The notes below the pieces were generated by a model. The model saw only the letters and a program-made list of their open reading frames with translations. It did not search any database and was not told the DNA's origin. From IMG/VR virus record IMGVR_UViG_3300045988_066011: a DNA stretch of 50,848 bases; one strand, given 5' to 3'. Shown one piece after another: positions 17,447 to 27,095 of this stretch; the stretch's first letter is position 1, and the number at the start of each line of letters is the position of its first letter. The stretch is from a virus. The position numbers and the translations under genes are program-made.

Positions 17447-18898
17447 GTGATAGCGGATTTTATAAGAAAGGTGGTGGGAAAGTTGTTCCCTAAGCAAAAT
17501 TTAGAGAAAAAACTAGGTATACAGATAGCAACATCCGGAGTCATGGATAATGCTATCACTATTTGGTTAGAGATGTATGAGAATCAAGCGCCTTGGATAG
17601 GTGGCAAGGAAGATACAAAGTCCATGAACCTACCGGCAAGCATATCTGAGGAGTTCGCGAGACTGACTCTGACAGAATTTAAGCTGAGCTTGGAAGGAAG
17701 CCAGAGGGCAGATTTTTTGAACAAACAGCTGCAGATGTTTCTAAAACACCTGACACCGATCATGGAAATGTGGTGCGCATTAGGTGGAGTTGCTATAAAG
17801 CCGTATGTGTCCGGTAGCGACCCAGTAACAGGAAAACCGGATAAGATTATTATAGATGTTGTTGATGCAAATAGATTCTACCCGACAGCATTTCGCGATA
17901 AAGACATTACAGGAGCTGTTTTTATTGAGACCAAAAGGGTGGGCGATTACATGTACACCAGGCTCGAACATCATAATTTGGAAGATGGCGGCTATAGAGT
18001 TATCAATAAGGCGTACAGCTCAGAACGGTTAAACACCATGACAACAGAAGATGATCAGATAAGCGCCGAGCATCCGTTCATGCAGGAAATATCACTAGAT
18101 ACAGTTGATGAATGGGCCGGACTGGAACCGGAAACATTTATTGAGGGCATCGACAAGCCCTTATTTGTTTACATCAAGATGCCAAAGGGCAATAACATAG
18201 ACCCACACTCACCACTGGGAGCTTCGGTATATTCTCGAGCTGTTGAAGCGATACAGGGAGCAGACGAGCAGTACACACGTATCAAATGGGAATATGCTTC
18301 AAAAGAGACAGCCATTGATGCGGCGGACGATTTGTTTGACATCGACCGTGACGGTAAGCCAAAACTACCACGTGGACGCGAACGACTTTATCGAACATAC
18401 GACTTTGAAGGAAAGAGCACAGATGGATTTTTTAACGTGTTCAGCCCGGAAATAAGAGATACAGCTCTGTATCATGGACTACAGGAACAGCTCAGGCATA
18501 TAGAGTTCCTTGTGGGACTTGCATATGGTACCATATCAAACCCCGAAAGTGTCGAGAAAACAGCAACAGAAATCAAGACATCAAAGCAAAGGTCATATAA
18601 CACGGTAAGCCGTATGCAAGAAGCATGGGACGATGGCCTGGGAACTTTGATAGAGATCATGGGAACCTTGTGTGACCTGTATCAGATAGTACCGCCGGGG
18701 GACATAGAGAAAACATGCTACTGGGGCGATGCAATATTGGAAGATACAGATGTGGAGTATCAGAGACGATGGTCTATGGTCCTTGCCGGAAAAATGAAGA
18801 TAGAAATGTTCTATGCATGGTATTTTGGATGCACGGAAGAAGAAGCAAAAAAATATTTACCGGAGGCAGAGCCACAGAACTACCCACCGGAAGAATAG
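17447..18898 (+). CDS. Portal protein (SPP1 Gp6-like)
   Basis: GTG start 9 nt after AGGAGG. 483 aa. Position after TerL; N-terminal MDNAITIWLEMYENQAPW is typical of this portal family. Confidence 0.8.
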   Translation: MIADFIRKVVGKLFPKQNLEKKLGIQIATSGVMDNAITIWLEMYENQAPWIGGKEDTKSMNLPASISEEFARLTLTEFKLSLEGSQRADFLNKQLQMFLKHLTPIMEMWCALGGVAIKPYVSGSDPVTGKPDKIIIDVVDANRFYPTAFRDKDITGAVFIETKRVGDYMYTRLEHHNLEDGGYRVINKAYSSERLNTMTTEDDQISAEHPFMQEISLDTVDEWAGLEPETFIEGIDKPLFVYIKMPKGNNIDPHSPLGASVYSRAVEAIQGADEQYTRIKWEYASKETAIDAADDLFDIDRDGKPKLPRGRERLYRTYDFEGKSTDGFFNVFSPEIRDTALYHGLQEQLRHIEFLVGLAYGTISNPESVEKTATEIKTSKQRSYNTVSRMQEAWDDGLGTLIEIMGTLCDLYQIVPPGDIEKTCYWGDAILEDTDVEYQRRWSMVLAGKMKIEMFYAWYFGCTEEEAKKYLPEAEPQNYPPEE

Positions 18899-18908
18899 GA
18901 GGCGCACT

Positions 18909-19061
18909 ATGGCACATTATTATGAGCAGGCAAGGGAGCCTACTTTTTTTATTCATGAGTGTCCTGACTGCGATGAAAATCCAAAGGGGTGCACAGAAGA
19001 GATAAAAAGCTCATGCCCTTTTTATCATATTCGCAATCCTGACTCAGAGGAAACATGCTGA
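18909..19061 (+). CDS. Small Cys-rich hypothetical protein (50 aa)
   Basis: RBS aggagg. HECPDCDENPKGC...SCPF. Confidence 0.35.
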   Translation: MAHYYEQAREPTFFIHECPDCDENPKGCTEEIKSSCPFYHIRNPDSEETC

Positions 19062-20284
19062 CACCGGAATATCTGGCGTCCTGCACTGATTATCTCCTAG
19101 GCATGTATGACGCCTTGAACCAGGTGTTAGCGGAAGATATAGCTCGCAGGATAGTAAAGACCGGGAAAATGACTGATAGTGCTAAATGGCAGGTTAAACA
19201 GCTCAGAGAGAATGGAGAACTCATGCAGGACATTGTGAAAGATGTTGCAAGAATATCCGGAAAATCTGAAGCCGAGGTAAAAAGAATCTTTCAAGACTCA
19301 GCTCGCAAAGGAGTTAGATATGACGCACAGCCTCTGTTGAAGGCCGGGTATGATATCGACCTGAAACTATCACCGGCTATGAATCAGGTGCTAGAAGCTG
19401 CAATAGCAAAGACCAACGGCGATATTAAGAATCTTACAATGACTACCGGTTCAACTGTAGGAGGGGCTTATTTAGAGGCTACGAATAAAGCCTACATGAA
19501 AGTAACATCAGGAGGATTTTCATACTATGAGGCAATCAGACAGGCTATCAAAGAATCTGCACAGGACGGAAGCTACGTACTCTATGGAAAAGGACATCAT
19601 TCACAACTTGATGTTGCAATAAGACGTTCGGTCCTGACAGGAGTAAACCAGACAGCAGGCAAGCTCACAGAGCTTTATGCCGAGGATATGGATGTCGAAT
19701 ACTACGAAACGACAGCACATGTCGGAGCTAGACCTTCACATGCTGAATGGCAAGGCAGAGTATTCAAGATTCACGGCTCGTCCCCGGATTATCCCAATTT
19801 TGAGGAATCAACAGGATATGGGACAGGAGCAGGGCTATGCGGCTGGAATTGTAGACACAGCTTCTACCCATTTTGGCCAGGCATATCAAAGCCGGGATAT
19901 TCAAAAGAAACTCTTGCGGATTATGACAAAGCTAAGTATGAATACAACGGCAATATGCTCACTGATTACGAATGCAGTCAGATACAAAGAACTATAGAGC
20001 GTGATATTCGCTCGATTAAGCGTATTTTAGCAAGTTACGATGCTGCAATCAAAGAAACTACCAACTCAGAATTAGAAAGTTGTATTAGGGATGATTTCGC
20101 AGCTGAGAGCGTAAAGCTTAAGTCCAAGGAGAAAGAGCTCAAGAAATTCTGCAAGGACACAAGCAGAGATTACGAGAGTAACAGAACTCAAGTTATTGCA
20201 TACAAGGATAGCAGCGGAAAGATAGTCAACTTTGGAAGGTCTACAGCCCAAAAGGCTGTATGGGCGAATAAAAAATCAAATTAG
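19055..20284 (+). CDS. Minor capsid / head morphogenesis protein (SPP1 gp7 / Mu F-like)
   Basis: ETTAHVGARPSHAEWQGRVF and GWNCRHSFYPF motifs. Position after portal. Confidence 0.8.
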   Translation: MLTPEYLASCTDYLLGMYDALNQVLAEDIARRIVKTGKMTDSAKWQVKQLRENGELMQDIVKDVARISGKSEAEVKRIFQDSARKGVRYDAQPLLKAGYDIDLKLSPAMNQVLEAAIAKTNGDIKNLTMTTGSTVGGAYLEATNKAYMKVTSGGFSYYEAIRQAIKESAQDGSYVLYGKGHHSQLDVAIRRSVLTGVNQTAGKLTELYAEDMDVEYYETTAHVGARPSHAEWQGRVFKIHGSSPDYPNFEESTGYGTGAGLCGWNCRHSFYPFWPGISKPGYSKETLADYDKAKYEYNGNMLTDYECSQIQRTIERDIRSIKRILASYDAAIKETTNSELESCIRDDFAAESVKLKSKEKELKKFCKDTSRDYESNRTQVIAYKDSSGKIVNFGRSTAQKAVWANKKSN

Positions 20285-20294
20285 GAGGTCAACT

Positions 20295-20564
20295 ATGATT
20301 ATTACAGGAATGGCTCACTTCGAGAGTGTAGCACAGAAGAAACTCGTTGAATGGTACCACAAGAACAGACCGGAGGTTCAGATCGACCTTGGAAATGTAT
20401 TCGTGGTATGGTCATGCAAAACACTCCAGAATTACAAGTGTCTTGCATCTACGACTATCAGTGGAGATGGCATCTATGCTGAGTACACCTACAACGGTGA
20501 CAAGCAGGAACTTTATGAGGATGTATACGGTAAAATAACAAATACATGTCATACAGAAGAATAG
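20295..20564 (+). CDS. Hypothetical protein (89 aa)
   Basis: RBS aggagg before ATG 20295. Confidence 0.5.
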   Translation: MIITGMAHFESVAQKKLVEWYHKNRPEVQIDLGNVFVVWSCKTLQNYKCLASTTISGDGIYAEYTYNGDKQELYEDVYGKITNTCHTEE

Positions 20565-20577
20565 GAGGTAGTGAATT

Positions 20578-21033
20578 ATGAATTTCAAAGAAGCGTTTAA
20601 AGGAATGAAATCAGGACTCGCGGTAAAATTACCGTCATGGTCTGGATACTGGTGGTGGGATGAAGAAGCTCAGACGATTGTCATGTACACCAAAGATGGC
20701 GATTGTCTGGACATTAGAGAAACACAGAGAGTGGAGTATACGATTCAGAACATTCTTTCAGATGAGTGGATTTATGCTGATGGTCGAAACTGTCCGATTC
20801 TGGGTGGCGAGGCTACATTCTCATTTGGAGACGCAATTAAGTATCTGAAACGTGGCATGAAAGTAGCAAGAAAAGGATGGAATGGGAAGAAGCAGTACAT
20901 CCAGCTCGCTACAGGAATTTCTTACAAGACAGCGGATGGAGATATCGTAAACTGCGAACATGATGCTATCGGAAACATGGCTATCGCATTTTGCGGAACA
21001 TCTGGAGTTCAGTGCAGATTAAGCGTTCTCTAA
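20578..21033 (+). CDS. Tandem DUF2829-like protein (Tad2-family candidate)
   Basis: Residues 1-68: FKEAFKGMKSG...ILSDEWIYA. Residues ~80-151: FSFGDAIKYLKRGMKVARKGWNGKKQYIQL. Both fit the DUF2829 pattern (FxEAlxalKxGkkvxRxgW...D.LAxDW). Confidence 0.5.
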   Translation: MNFKEAFKGMKSGLAVKLPSWSGYWWWDEEAQTIVMYTKDGDCLDIRETQRVEYTIQNILSDEWIYADGRNCPILGGEATFSFGDAIKYLKRGMKVARKGWNGKKQYIQLATGISYKTADGDIVNCEHDAIGNMAIAFCGTSGVQCRLSVL

Positions 21034-21042
21034 AGAGAGGAG

Positions 21043-21330
21043 GTGGAAACAATGAGGTACAGAAAGAAACCTGTCGAGGTTGAGGCGTTCTGCCTGACCG
21101 ATGAATCAGAACGGACAGCACCTGAATGGTTCGAGAGAGCTGTTCTGAACGAAACGGTCTGGATCGACCGGAGCTTGCAGGATGGACACGCCAAGATGTA
21201 TGGCTGTACGATCAAAACTCTGGAAGGGAAGATGCACGCCAAGGTTGGCGATTACATCATCCGGGGAGTGAACGGGGAGTTATATCCCTGCAAACCTGAC
21301 ATTTTCAAGAAAACGTATGAGAAGTGTTAG
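21043..21330 (+). CDS. Conserved phage hypothetical protein (95 aa)
   Basis: YRKKPVEVEAF...TLEGKMHAKVGDYIIRGVNGELYPCKPDIFKKTYE is a recurring phage small-barrel-like pattern. Confidence 0.5.
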   Translation: METMRYRKKPVEVEAFCLTDESERTAPEWFERAVLNETVWIDRSLQDGHAKMYGCTIKTLEGKMHAKVGDYIIRGVNGELYPCKPDIFKKTYEKC

Positions 21331-21497
21331 AAGGAGGTGGTCCTGCTATCTCCCATCCATGGGTGAAATGGTATTCGCCCCGTATAGGGCTGTAACACAT
21401 TAACCCTTACAATTTACCATTGAAGCACTTAAAACGTGTCCTGGGAACTCTCAGAAGTTCATAGACACCCTTTAAGACCACGAAAACAAATAGCAGT

Positions 21498-21536
21498 CAG
21501 CTGGTCCGTTGGTGGAACGCCTGGCTGTTGTTTTTT
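21498..21536 (+). terminator. Probable terminator after the accessory island
   Basis: cagctgg pairs with cctggctg (two G-U pairs), followed by ttgtttttt. Confidence 0.35.
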
Positions 21537-21667
21537 GCCCTGTGATATGGCATATAAACTGTCTCCTTCTCTTGCGTGCGGAGATATAAACGCACGATAG
21601 CAATGCCGGAGTGAACCGGAATTTAAACTAAATCAGCGAAAAATCAAATATCAGGAGGTAAGTAGAC

Positions 21668-22345
21668 ATGGCTTACGAATTTTTAAAGGCACTCTTTGGT
21701 GAACCAAAAGAGGGAGAAGAACCAAAAGCAATGACATATGCAGAACTGGAAAAGGCTATCGATGCAGATAAGAACATCAAGGTAGTTGACCTCTCTGGCG
21801 GAGATTATGTATCAAAGAGCAAATTTGACTCGAGGGAAACTGAGCTCGAAGGAGTTAAAAAACAGCTTGATACAGCTAATAAAACAATCAACTCGTTCAA
21901 AGATCAGGATATCGAGGGCATCAAAAAAAGCGTGTCTGATTGGGAAAAAAAGTACAACACAGATACACAGCAACTTAAAGACCAGCTTGCAGCAGAACAG
22001 AGAGCTCACGCTGAGGAGATGTTCATGACCGGATATCACTTCACGTCAAAGCCGGCACGAGAGGGCGTCTTAAATGCATTTAAAAAGCAGGATTTCCAGA
22101 TGAAAGATGGAAAATTCGTCGGAGCAGACGATTACATGCAAAAGCTAATGGAAAATGACGATTACAAAGGAGCGTTTGTAACTGAGGAAGAACCGAAGCC
22201 GACTCCGGAAGATCATCCAGAGACTCCACCGATGCCGAGATTTGCAGCAGGCACAACAGGTACAGAGCAAATCAACGAAAATCCGTTTTTAAAAGCAGGA
22301 TTTGGAGCAGGTTTTACTCGAATTAGACAGCCAAAAGAGAATTAA
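21668..22345 (+). CDS. Scaffolding protein (phage GP20-like)
   Basis: Helical, charged. N-terminus (FLKALFGE...TYAELEKAI...VDLSGGDYVSKSKF) is typical of GP20 scaffold proteins. Precedes the capsid gene. Confidence 0.7.
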   Translation: MAYEFLKALFGEPKEGEEPKAMTYAELEKAIDADKNIKVVDLSGGDYVSKSKFDSRETELEGVKKQLDTANKTINSFKDQDIEGIKKSVSDWEKKYNTDTQQLKDQLAAEQRAHAEEMFMTGYHFTSKPAREGVLNAFKKQDFQMKDGKFVGADDYMQKLMENDDYKGAFVTEEEPKPTPEDHPETPPMPRFAAGTTGTEQINENPFLKAGFGAGFTRIRQPKEN

Positions 22346-22358
22346 GGAGGGTTAATTT

Positions 22359-23264
22359 ATGCCATTCACAAAATCACCACTCAACTACGCAACAGGTTAC
22401 CAGCAGGCATTGGAACAGCAGTTCCCTTATGTCTTATATTTTGGCAAGCTGTTTTCGACACCAAACAATGGTCGTTATAGATGGGTAGACTCATCTACTA
22501 TCAAGATTCCTACAATCGCTACAAGCGGTCGTGTTGATGGAGACAGAGACACCATCGGAACCAAAAAGCGCAATTTCAACAATTCATGGGAGACATTAAC
22601 GCTTGACAATCATCGTACATGGGGCACACTCGTACATCCTAGAGATATCGACGAGACAAACCAGGTTGCATCTATCGCTAACATCACTCAGGTGTTTAAC
22701 AACGAGCAGAAATTCCCAGAGATGAACGCATATTGCGTATCTAAAATATATGCGGACTGGACAGGAAAAGGCAAAACTGCCGACAAGACAGTTCTTACAG
22801 AAGAGAACGTGCTGCAGATTATAGATTCTATGATGTGTAAAATGGACGAGAAGAGAGTACCTAGAGCTGGACGTATCCTTTATGTTACACCTGATACAAG
22901 GGATAAAATCAACAATGCCAAGAGCATCTACAGGACACTCGATGTAACTACACCTCAGGCTATTAAGCGTGGAATCACAGCTATAGATGAGCTTGAAATC
23001 CCAGAATCAGTACCATCTGACATGATGAAAACTCTGTACGATTTCACCGAAGGATGGACCGTAGACACCTCAGCTAAGCAGATTAACATGTTCATGGTAC
23101 ATCCGCTTGCTGTTATTACACCTATTCATTACGAGTTTGCTCAGTTGGATCCACCTTCAGCAGGCTCAGAGGGCAAGTGGGATTACTTCGAGGAGTCATT
23201 CGAGGATGTATTCGCACTCCCTACAAAACTCGATGCAATAGATTTCAATATCACAGAAGCCTAA
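22359..23264 (+). CDS. Major capsid protein
   Basis: 301 aa, immediately after the scaffold, strong RBS aaggagg. N-terminus (PLNYATGYQQALEQQFPYVLYFGKL) is typical of SPP1-type capsid proteins. Confidence 0.8.
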   Translation: MPFTKSPLNYATGYQQALEQQFPYVLYFGKLFSTPNNGRYRWVDSSTIKIPTIATSGRVDGDRDTIGTKKRNFNNSWETLTLDNHRTWGTLVHPRDIDETNQVASIANITQVFNNEQKFPEMNAYCVSKIYADWTGKGKTADKTVLTEENVLQIIDSMMCKMDEKRVPRAGRILYVTPDTRDKINNAKSIYRTLDVTTPQAIKRGITAIDELEIPESVPSDMMKTLYDFTEGWTVDTSAKQINMFMVHPLAVITPIHYEFAQLDPPSAGSEGKWDYFEESFEDVFALPTKLDAIDFNITEA

Positions 23265-23314
23265 GGATCAAGCCTCACGTAGTGATACGTGGGGCATTTT
23301 AAGGAGGTAAAGCC

Positions 23315-23644
23315 ATGTTAAAGGCAAGAAAAGGCAATAGGGTGCTTAGAATCCCTGACGAAAAGAAAGCAGCATATATAGCTCTTGGATATACCATAAC
23401 AGATCTTGAAGGAAATATAATCCACGAGCATGTAGAGCCAACAGAGAAGTTAGCAGAGCTTGAGAAAGAAAATGAGGACTTAAAAGCTAAATTGGATGAG
23501 GCTGCCAAGTACGCGGAGAGCGCTGACAAAAAGATTGCAGAGCTTGAAAAAGAAAATGAGGACTTAAAAGCTGCAAATAAGCCTGCCAACGATGAATCAA
23601 AGACAAAGAAGGTTGCAAAAGCACCCTCTGACACGCAGAAATAG
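23315..23644 (+). CDS. Coiled-coil protein with internal 28-aa repeat (possible head decoration or accessory)
   Basis: AELEKENEDLKA occurs twice. A DNA repeat of ~33 bp occurs at 23453 and 23537. Confidence 0.5.
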   Translation: MLKARKGNRVLRIPDEKKAAYIALGYTITDLEGNIIHEHVEPTEKLAELEKENEDLKAKLDEAAKYAESADKKIAELEKENEDLKAANKPANDESKTKKVAKAPSDTQK

Positions 23645-23701
23645 CCGTTAAAGGCATTTTTATTGTATTAACCATAATTCCCCATAGGAGGTGAAGCTAA
23701 A

Positions 23702-24106
23702 ATGTCAGAAGAAGCAAATTTCAAGCCATATGCGGACTATGATTATTATGTGTCTATCGGTGGCCAACTGACTGAGGCTGAGTTCAATAAAAGCCTCATG
23801 TGGTCAACGGCCCTGCTGGACACAGCGACATTTCAAAGGCTAAAGAGCATGACAGATATACCGGACAGTGTAAAAAAAGCTTTATGCAGCACCATTGATA
23901 AGCACGCTCAATTCGTACACGCTCAAACCGGCACAATACAATCCGAATCCCTGGACGGTTGGTCGGTAACATACGCCAACAACAAACTGGAGGATTTAGA
24001 GAAGAATGCACTACGAGATATCAAGATATACCTAAGCGGAACCGGGCTGACATACAGAGGGAGGTCGAGCAAATATGATGTTCAATCAGGAAATCACTCT
24101 CTTTAA
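23702..24106 (+). CDS. Head-tail connector (gp6-like adaptor)
   Basis: Size and position after the capsid gene; helical N-terminus. Confidence 0.5.
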   Translation: MSEEANFKPYADYDYYVSIGGQLTEAEFNKSLMWSTALLDTATFQRLKSMTDIPDSVKKALCSTIDKHAQFVHAQTGTIQSESLDGWSVTYANNKLEDLEKNALRDIKIYLSGTGLTYRGRSSKYDVQSGNHSL

Positions 24107-24506
24107 TAAGCGAGTCAACAAAACTACTCGCAGGGAAGCCTATATTCCAACCCTGATACAGGGCGTGTCATTTATTGAGACAAAATCAGTGGGCGGAACT
24201 GATGATAGAGCGGATAACGACTCATGCACAATTAGAATACCTAAAAATGCAGTAATCCAAAGTGGCAGAACGTACCTAGAAGAACATCTTTACAAGCAGT
24301 TAAATGATTCTGATGCCATGAAATACTGGACAATCCAGCGAGACGCTTATATTGTGCGTGGAAACCACAGCGCAGAATTACTAATTGAGCCCTCAAAGAT
24401 AGAGAAACTAAAGAGAGACAGAAAGGTAATAACAGTCAGAACCTATGTTGATAATACAGAGCGTGGTTCAGACTATATTAAGCACTGGAGGATAGGCGGG
24501 GCATAA
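24075..24506 (+). CDS. Head closure / minor capsid component
   Basis: Position in the connector module; RBS gggagg. Confidence 0.45.
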   Translation: MMFNQEITLFNKRVNKTTRREAYIPTLIQGVSFIETKSVGGTDDRADNDSCTIRIPKNAVIQSGRTYLEEHLYKQLNDSDAMKYWTIQRDAYIVRGNHSAELLIEPSKIEKLKRDRKVITVRTYVDNTERGSDYIKHWRIGGA

Positions 24507-24889
24507 TGGCAGTACAGACAATAAGAACACCACAAGGAACAATCATTCAAGGTAAAAATGGTAAAGCGGAGCTAAAGTGGGATCCGTCATTTGCAAAAAA
24601 CAGAAAACAAGGATTTAGCCGGGTACAAAAATATGTTGACTCTGAGGTGCTACGATTGTGTAGCCCCAGAGTACCATTCAAAACAGGAATGTTAGAGAAA
24701 TCCGGAAAGCTTGGCACCAAAGTGGGAAGTGGAGTTGTTGAGTATATAGCTCCATATGCGCGTATGCAGTACTATGATACTGCTCAGACAAGACCATACG
24801 ACCCAAACCGAGGTGGAAAATGGTTCGAGAGAATGAAAGTTGTGGAAAAAAAGAACATACTTGATGGTGCAAAAAAGATTGGAGGATAG
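24506..24889 (+). CDS. Head-tail joining protein (HK97 gp10-like)
   Basis: ATGA overlap with the upstream gene. Size and position; YIAPYARMQYY motif. Confidence 0.5.
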   Translation: MAVQTIRTPQGTIIQGKNGKAELKWDPSFAKNRKQGFSRVQKYVDSEVLRLCSPRVPFKTGMLEKSGKLGTKVGSGVVEYIAPYARMQYYDTAQTRPYDPNRGGKWFERMKVVEKKNILDGAKKIGG

Positions 24890-24891
24890 AA

Positions 24892-25326
24892 ATGTCAGCA
24901 GATTCAATCATTGGGGGCATTACTGACTATATATCGGCCTGTCCTCTCTTAAAAGACGGTGTATTCAGGGTAGACGCACTAGGAAATGAGCCTTGCGAAT
25001 ACTGCATTGAAGTAGCACCGTTTGACCCGGTTGTACAAAGGTACATAGATGGAAGCGAATTAAGGCAATATCAGTTCAATTTCAGCAGCAGAGAATATTA
25101 TTCTATGGATAGAGCTGAGAACATCCAGAATAGCTCGTTTTACGAGAAATTTTCAGCATGGATAGAGTCACAGAATCTTAAAGAAATATATCCGGATTTA
25201 CCGGAAGGCTGTGAAGCTCAACAGATAGAGGCTCTATCGTCTGGGTATTTATTCGATGCGTCTATGGTAAATGCCCGGTATCAAATACAACTTAGACTTG
25301 TTTATTTCAAGGAGGTTTCAAAATGA
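24892..25326 (+). CDS. Tail completion protein
   Basis: Position immediately before the major tail gene. Confidence 0.45.
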   Translation: MSADSIIGGITDYISACPLLKDGVFRVDALGNEPCEYCIEVAPFDPVVQRYIDGSELRQYQFNFSSREYYSMDRAENIQNSSFYEKFSAWIESQNLKEIYPDLPEGCEAQQIEALSSGYLFDASMVNARYQIQLRLVYFKEVSK

Positions 25327-25811
25327 AAACAGTAATGAGACACCAGGTTGCCAACTATCTCAATGTTGGCACATCAGGAAAAGAAGAGTATGAGCTCATG
25401 GGAGCGGGTTTTACTTCGCTTGACGAGAGCCCGGGGGCTCAGACTGAATCAACAAAATATATCAATCAGACCAGCTCATCATCAAGCGTGACATCGTATG
25501 AGACATCGTTCGCATATGAGGCTGACCATATAGTGTCAGAGAAAGCTGTAGACGCGCTCTATCTGGTAGGACGTAACCACTACACAGGAGAAGAGGCAGA
25601 GTTTGATTTTGTTGTCGTTGAGCTTTGGAATAAAGCAGAGGCGGCTGACACCTACGAGGCGCGCAAGTTCAGGGTATCTTGTGAGGCGTCTGACTACGGC
25701 GGAGATAATAAACAGACTATTTCAGGTAATCTTAATGCTGTAGGAGATCCGGTGCTTGGAACATTCAACACCAAAACTAAAACATTCACTGAGGCTGTGG
25801 CTACTGCGTAA
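25323..25811 (+). CDS. Major tail (tube) protein
   Basis: 162 aa. N-terminus (VANYLNVGTSGKEEYELMGAGFTSLDESPGAQT) is typical of siphovirus tube proteins. Confidence 0.7.
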   Translation: MKTVMRHQVANYLNVGTSGKEEYELMGAGFTSLDESPGAQTESTKYINQTSSSSSVTSYETSFAYEADHIVSEKAVDALYLVGRNHYTGEEAEFDFVVVELWNKAEAADTYEARKFRVSCEASDYGGDNKQTISGNLNAVGDPVLGTFNTKTKTFTEAVATA

Positions 25812-25845
25812 GTAGCCCACTCTTTCATATTCAGGAGGTAACGAT

Positions 25846-26262
25846 ATGAGTAAATTAAACATTAATGGAGTTGACTTAGAACTTGATTTATTGGATGCAG
25901 ATGTAGTAGAGAAATTTGAAAAGCTTAATTCTCAGATTGTTGAGGACATCAAGAATCCTAATAATTATGCTGACAAATCAACAGCAGATTCCATGAGGTT
26001 CCAGTGCAGATTGATTGATAACTACTTCAACGAGCTTTTTGGAGCAGGAACATCTGAAAAGGTGTTCGGAGATAACAATAAACTTGACATCAGAATTGAT
26101 GCGTTTGGACAAGTTGCAGCGGAATCTAATCAGGCAAAGAGGTTTATGGACAGTGCAGTTGAAAAATACAACCCGGGAAGGGTTCAGAACAGACAGCAGA
26201 GGAGACAGGAGTTTAAAAAGAAACGAAAGAATAATAATTTTTCTGCCGTTGATAAAGATTAA
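25846..26262 (+). CDS. Tail assembly chaperone
   Basis: Position between the tube and tape measure genes; basic C-terminus. Confidence 0.5.
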   Translation: MSKLNINGVDLELDLLDADVVEKFEKLNSQIVEDIKNPNNYADKSTADSMRFQCRLIDNYFNELFGAGTSEKVFGDNNKLDIRIDAFGQVAAESNQAKRFMDSAVEKYNPGRVQNRQQRRQEFKKKRKNNNFSAVDKD

Positions 26263-26858
26263 TGAATATGCTCATAGACTTGCTTCCTGAGACTGTAGAA
26301 ATTGGAGGTGTGGATTATCGGATTAATTCTGATTTTCGCACCTCTATTTTGTTTGAGATGCTTGTGACAGATGAAGAATTGGAAGCGAAAGACAAAGTTA
26401 TCCCAGCACTTCGACTGTATTATCCGGAAATTCCACCAGATATCGGAGAGGCGGTTGATAAGATACTCTGGTTTTACAGATGCGGAAAAAAGAAGAAAAA
26501 AACATCGGAATCCGGCGAAGGAGCACCACCAGAGCCGGTGTATTCATTCGACTATGATGATGATTATATTTACGCAGCGTTCCTGGAGCAATACGGCATT
26601 GATTTACAGGATGTGGAGAATCTACACTGGTGGAAGTTCAGAGCCCTTTTTAAGGGGCTGAGGGACGATACAGAGTTCGTAAAGATAATGGGGTATAGAA
26701 GTATCAAGATATCAAACAGTATGAGCAAAGAACAACGTAAATTTTACAACGAAATGAAGCGAATACACGCGTTGCCACGCTCAGAAAAAGAAGAACAAAT
26801 GGAAGCAATGCTTCTTGAAGCCCTCCAGAATGGTGGAGACATCTCAGGATTGGTATAG
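26262..26858 (+). CDS. Phage Gp15-family protein (tail assembly associated)
   Basis: IGGVDYRINSDFRTSILFE...YIYAAFLEQYGIDL...HWWKFRALFKGL matches the Gp15 family pattern. Confidence 0.65.
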   Translation: MNMLIDLLPETVEIGGVDYRINSDFRTSILFEMLVTDEELEAKDKVIPALRLYYPEIPPDIGEAVDKILWFYRCGKKKKKTSESGEGAPPEPVYSFDYDDDYIYAAFLEQYGIDLQDVENLHWWKFRALFKGLRDDTEFVKIMGYRSIKISNSMSKEQRKFYNEMKRIHALPRSEKEEQMEAMLLEALQNGGDISGLV

Positions 26859-26868
26859 GAGGGTATGG

Positions 26869-27042
26869 ATGAATATAGACAGAACCAAATATGCACAGGT
26901 CCAGTGCCCTAAATGCGGGTACAGGATGCCTCTTTTTTATACGAATGAGGCAGAGTGCAACGGAGTACGAGTAGCCTGCAAGGGGCGAAAGTGCTCAAAT
27001 ATATTTGAAGTAAAAATAAAAAATGGAAAACAGATTAAGTAG
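26869..27042 (+). CDS. Small Com-like / zinc-ribbon protein (57 aa)
   Basis: CPKCGYRMP...(19 aa)...CKGRKCSNIFEV. RBS aggaggg 6 nt upstream. Confidence 0.4.
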   Translation: MNIDRTKYAQVQCPKCGYRMPLFYTNEAECNGVRVACKGRKCSNIFEVKIKNGKQIK

Positions 27043-27095
27043 AGCCATCATGAGCCGATAATCCATTGTTTGCCCGAAATGAGAGGTGATGAACA

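Noticed and set aside
19677-19997. Alternative-frame ORFs inside well-supported genes (for example 19677..19997, 20347..20538, 26371..26661, 39342..39677, 46640..46960)
   Set aside because: They are embedded in longer ORFs that carry clear family motifs, and there is no independent translation signal.
21331-21667. Intron or ncRNA in the 340-bp gap before the scaffold gene
   Set aside because: Only short hairpins and a probable terminator could be drawn. There are no group I or II hallmarks and no split flanking gene. The gap is treated as an intergenic or late-promoter region.
25846-26858. Possible -1 programmed frameshift joining the tail chaperone to the Gp15-family ORF (G/GT-like)
   Set aside because: Gp15 is in the -1 frame relative to the chaperone. 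However, that frame has a TAA at 26253-26255, leaving only 6 nt of open overlap and no slippery heptamer there.
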